Assembly (NCBI GenBank): GCA_002633005.1 | Contig: NMRA01000030.1 | Location: 528,644 to 592,643 of the forward strand | Source of the DNA: Phoronis australis | Lineage: Eukaryota > Animalia > Phoronida | Direction of reading: 5' to 3' | Length of the DNA stretch: 64,000 bases | Shown here: piece by piece, positions 63,621 to 64,000 of the stretch | Layout: every line of letters begins with the position of its first letter | Numbering within the stretch: the first letter of the stretch is position 1 | Position numbers and translations under genes: made by a program | Notes under the pieces: model-generated | The model's database searches: none | The model's input: only the letters and a program-made list of their open reading frames with translations | What the model was told of the DNA's origin: nothing

Positions 63621-63855
63621 ATTTGTGCTTATTGTGTTATTCATCATTAAACGGACGGAACACCCACTGTTTTCTTTGATCTCATGCACATCTCAATTTT
63701 ACCAACTGAGTTTTCCGTTAATTGTGAAACTGAAGAAAGTATCAGCTTCAAAGTTGACTCAGAAATAGCAAATCTCCAACTGATGCTAGTTTTAAATCGA
63801 AACCCTTCTCCAAAACACATGGCTGACAAGCATGCAATGATATGAATCTGCTACC

Positions 63856-64000
63856 AGTGTAACTGACATGGCCTGAGGGGAATCATGTGTGACTGATATG
63901 AACTGAGGGAATCATAATGTAACTGATATGGCCTGAGCGGAATCGTAGTGTGACTGACATGGCTTAGTGAGGAGAATCATGGTGTAACTGATATGTGCTG
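63856..64000. repeat. ~29-bp minisatellite GTGT(A/G)ACTGA(C/T)ATGGCCTGAGGGGAATCAT
   Basis: About 5 tandem copies running to the window edge. Confidence 0.8.

Overview
Eukaryotic, intron-rich, AT-rich genomic DNA from a bilaterian animal, probably a marine invertebrate (the taxon is inferred). It is not prokaryotic and has no CRISPR, rRNA or intact tRNA. Two host genes diverge from each other. Exportin-5 (XPO5, minus strand) has 12 internal coding exons at 1203-16519, all GT-AG and phase-compatible; its first coding exon was not found and the gene runs off the left edge. Guanine deaminase (GDA, plus strand) has 4 coding exons at 59546-63187 and runs off the right edge. The ~43 kb between them is a nested transposon graveyard: a dead hAT-like transposase with a C-terminal Spindlin-like Tudor segment; two Kolobok derivatives; an Academ-like element; Harbinger, Tc1/pogo and hAT MITEs (some with 5-bp TSDs); Gypsy, LINE and Penelope remnants; and tRNA-derived SINE heads. 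Highlights are Penelope-type minimal hammerhead ribozymes, including an inverted pair in an XPO5 intron with one copy in the sense orientation, a 6-7-level TE nest, and two likely haplotype-duplication artefacts at N joins. All family assignments come from reading motifs by eye; no database search was run.
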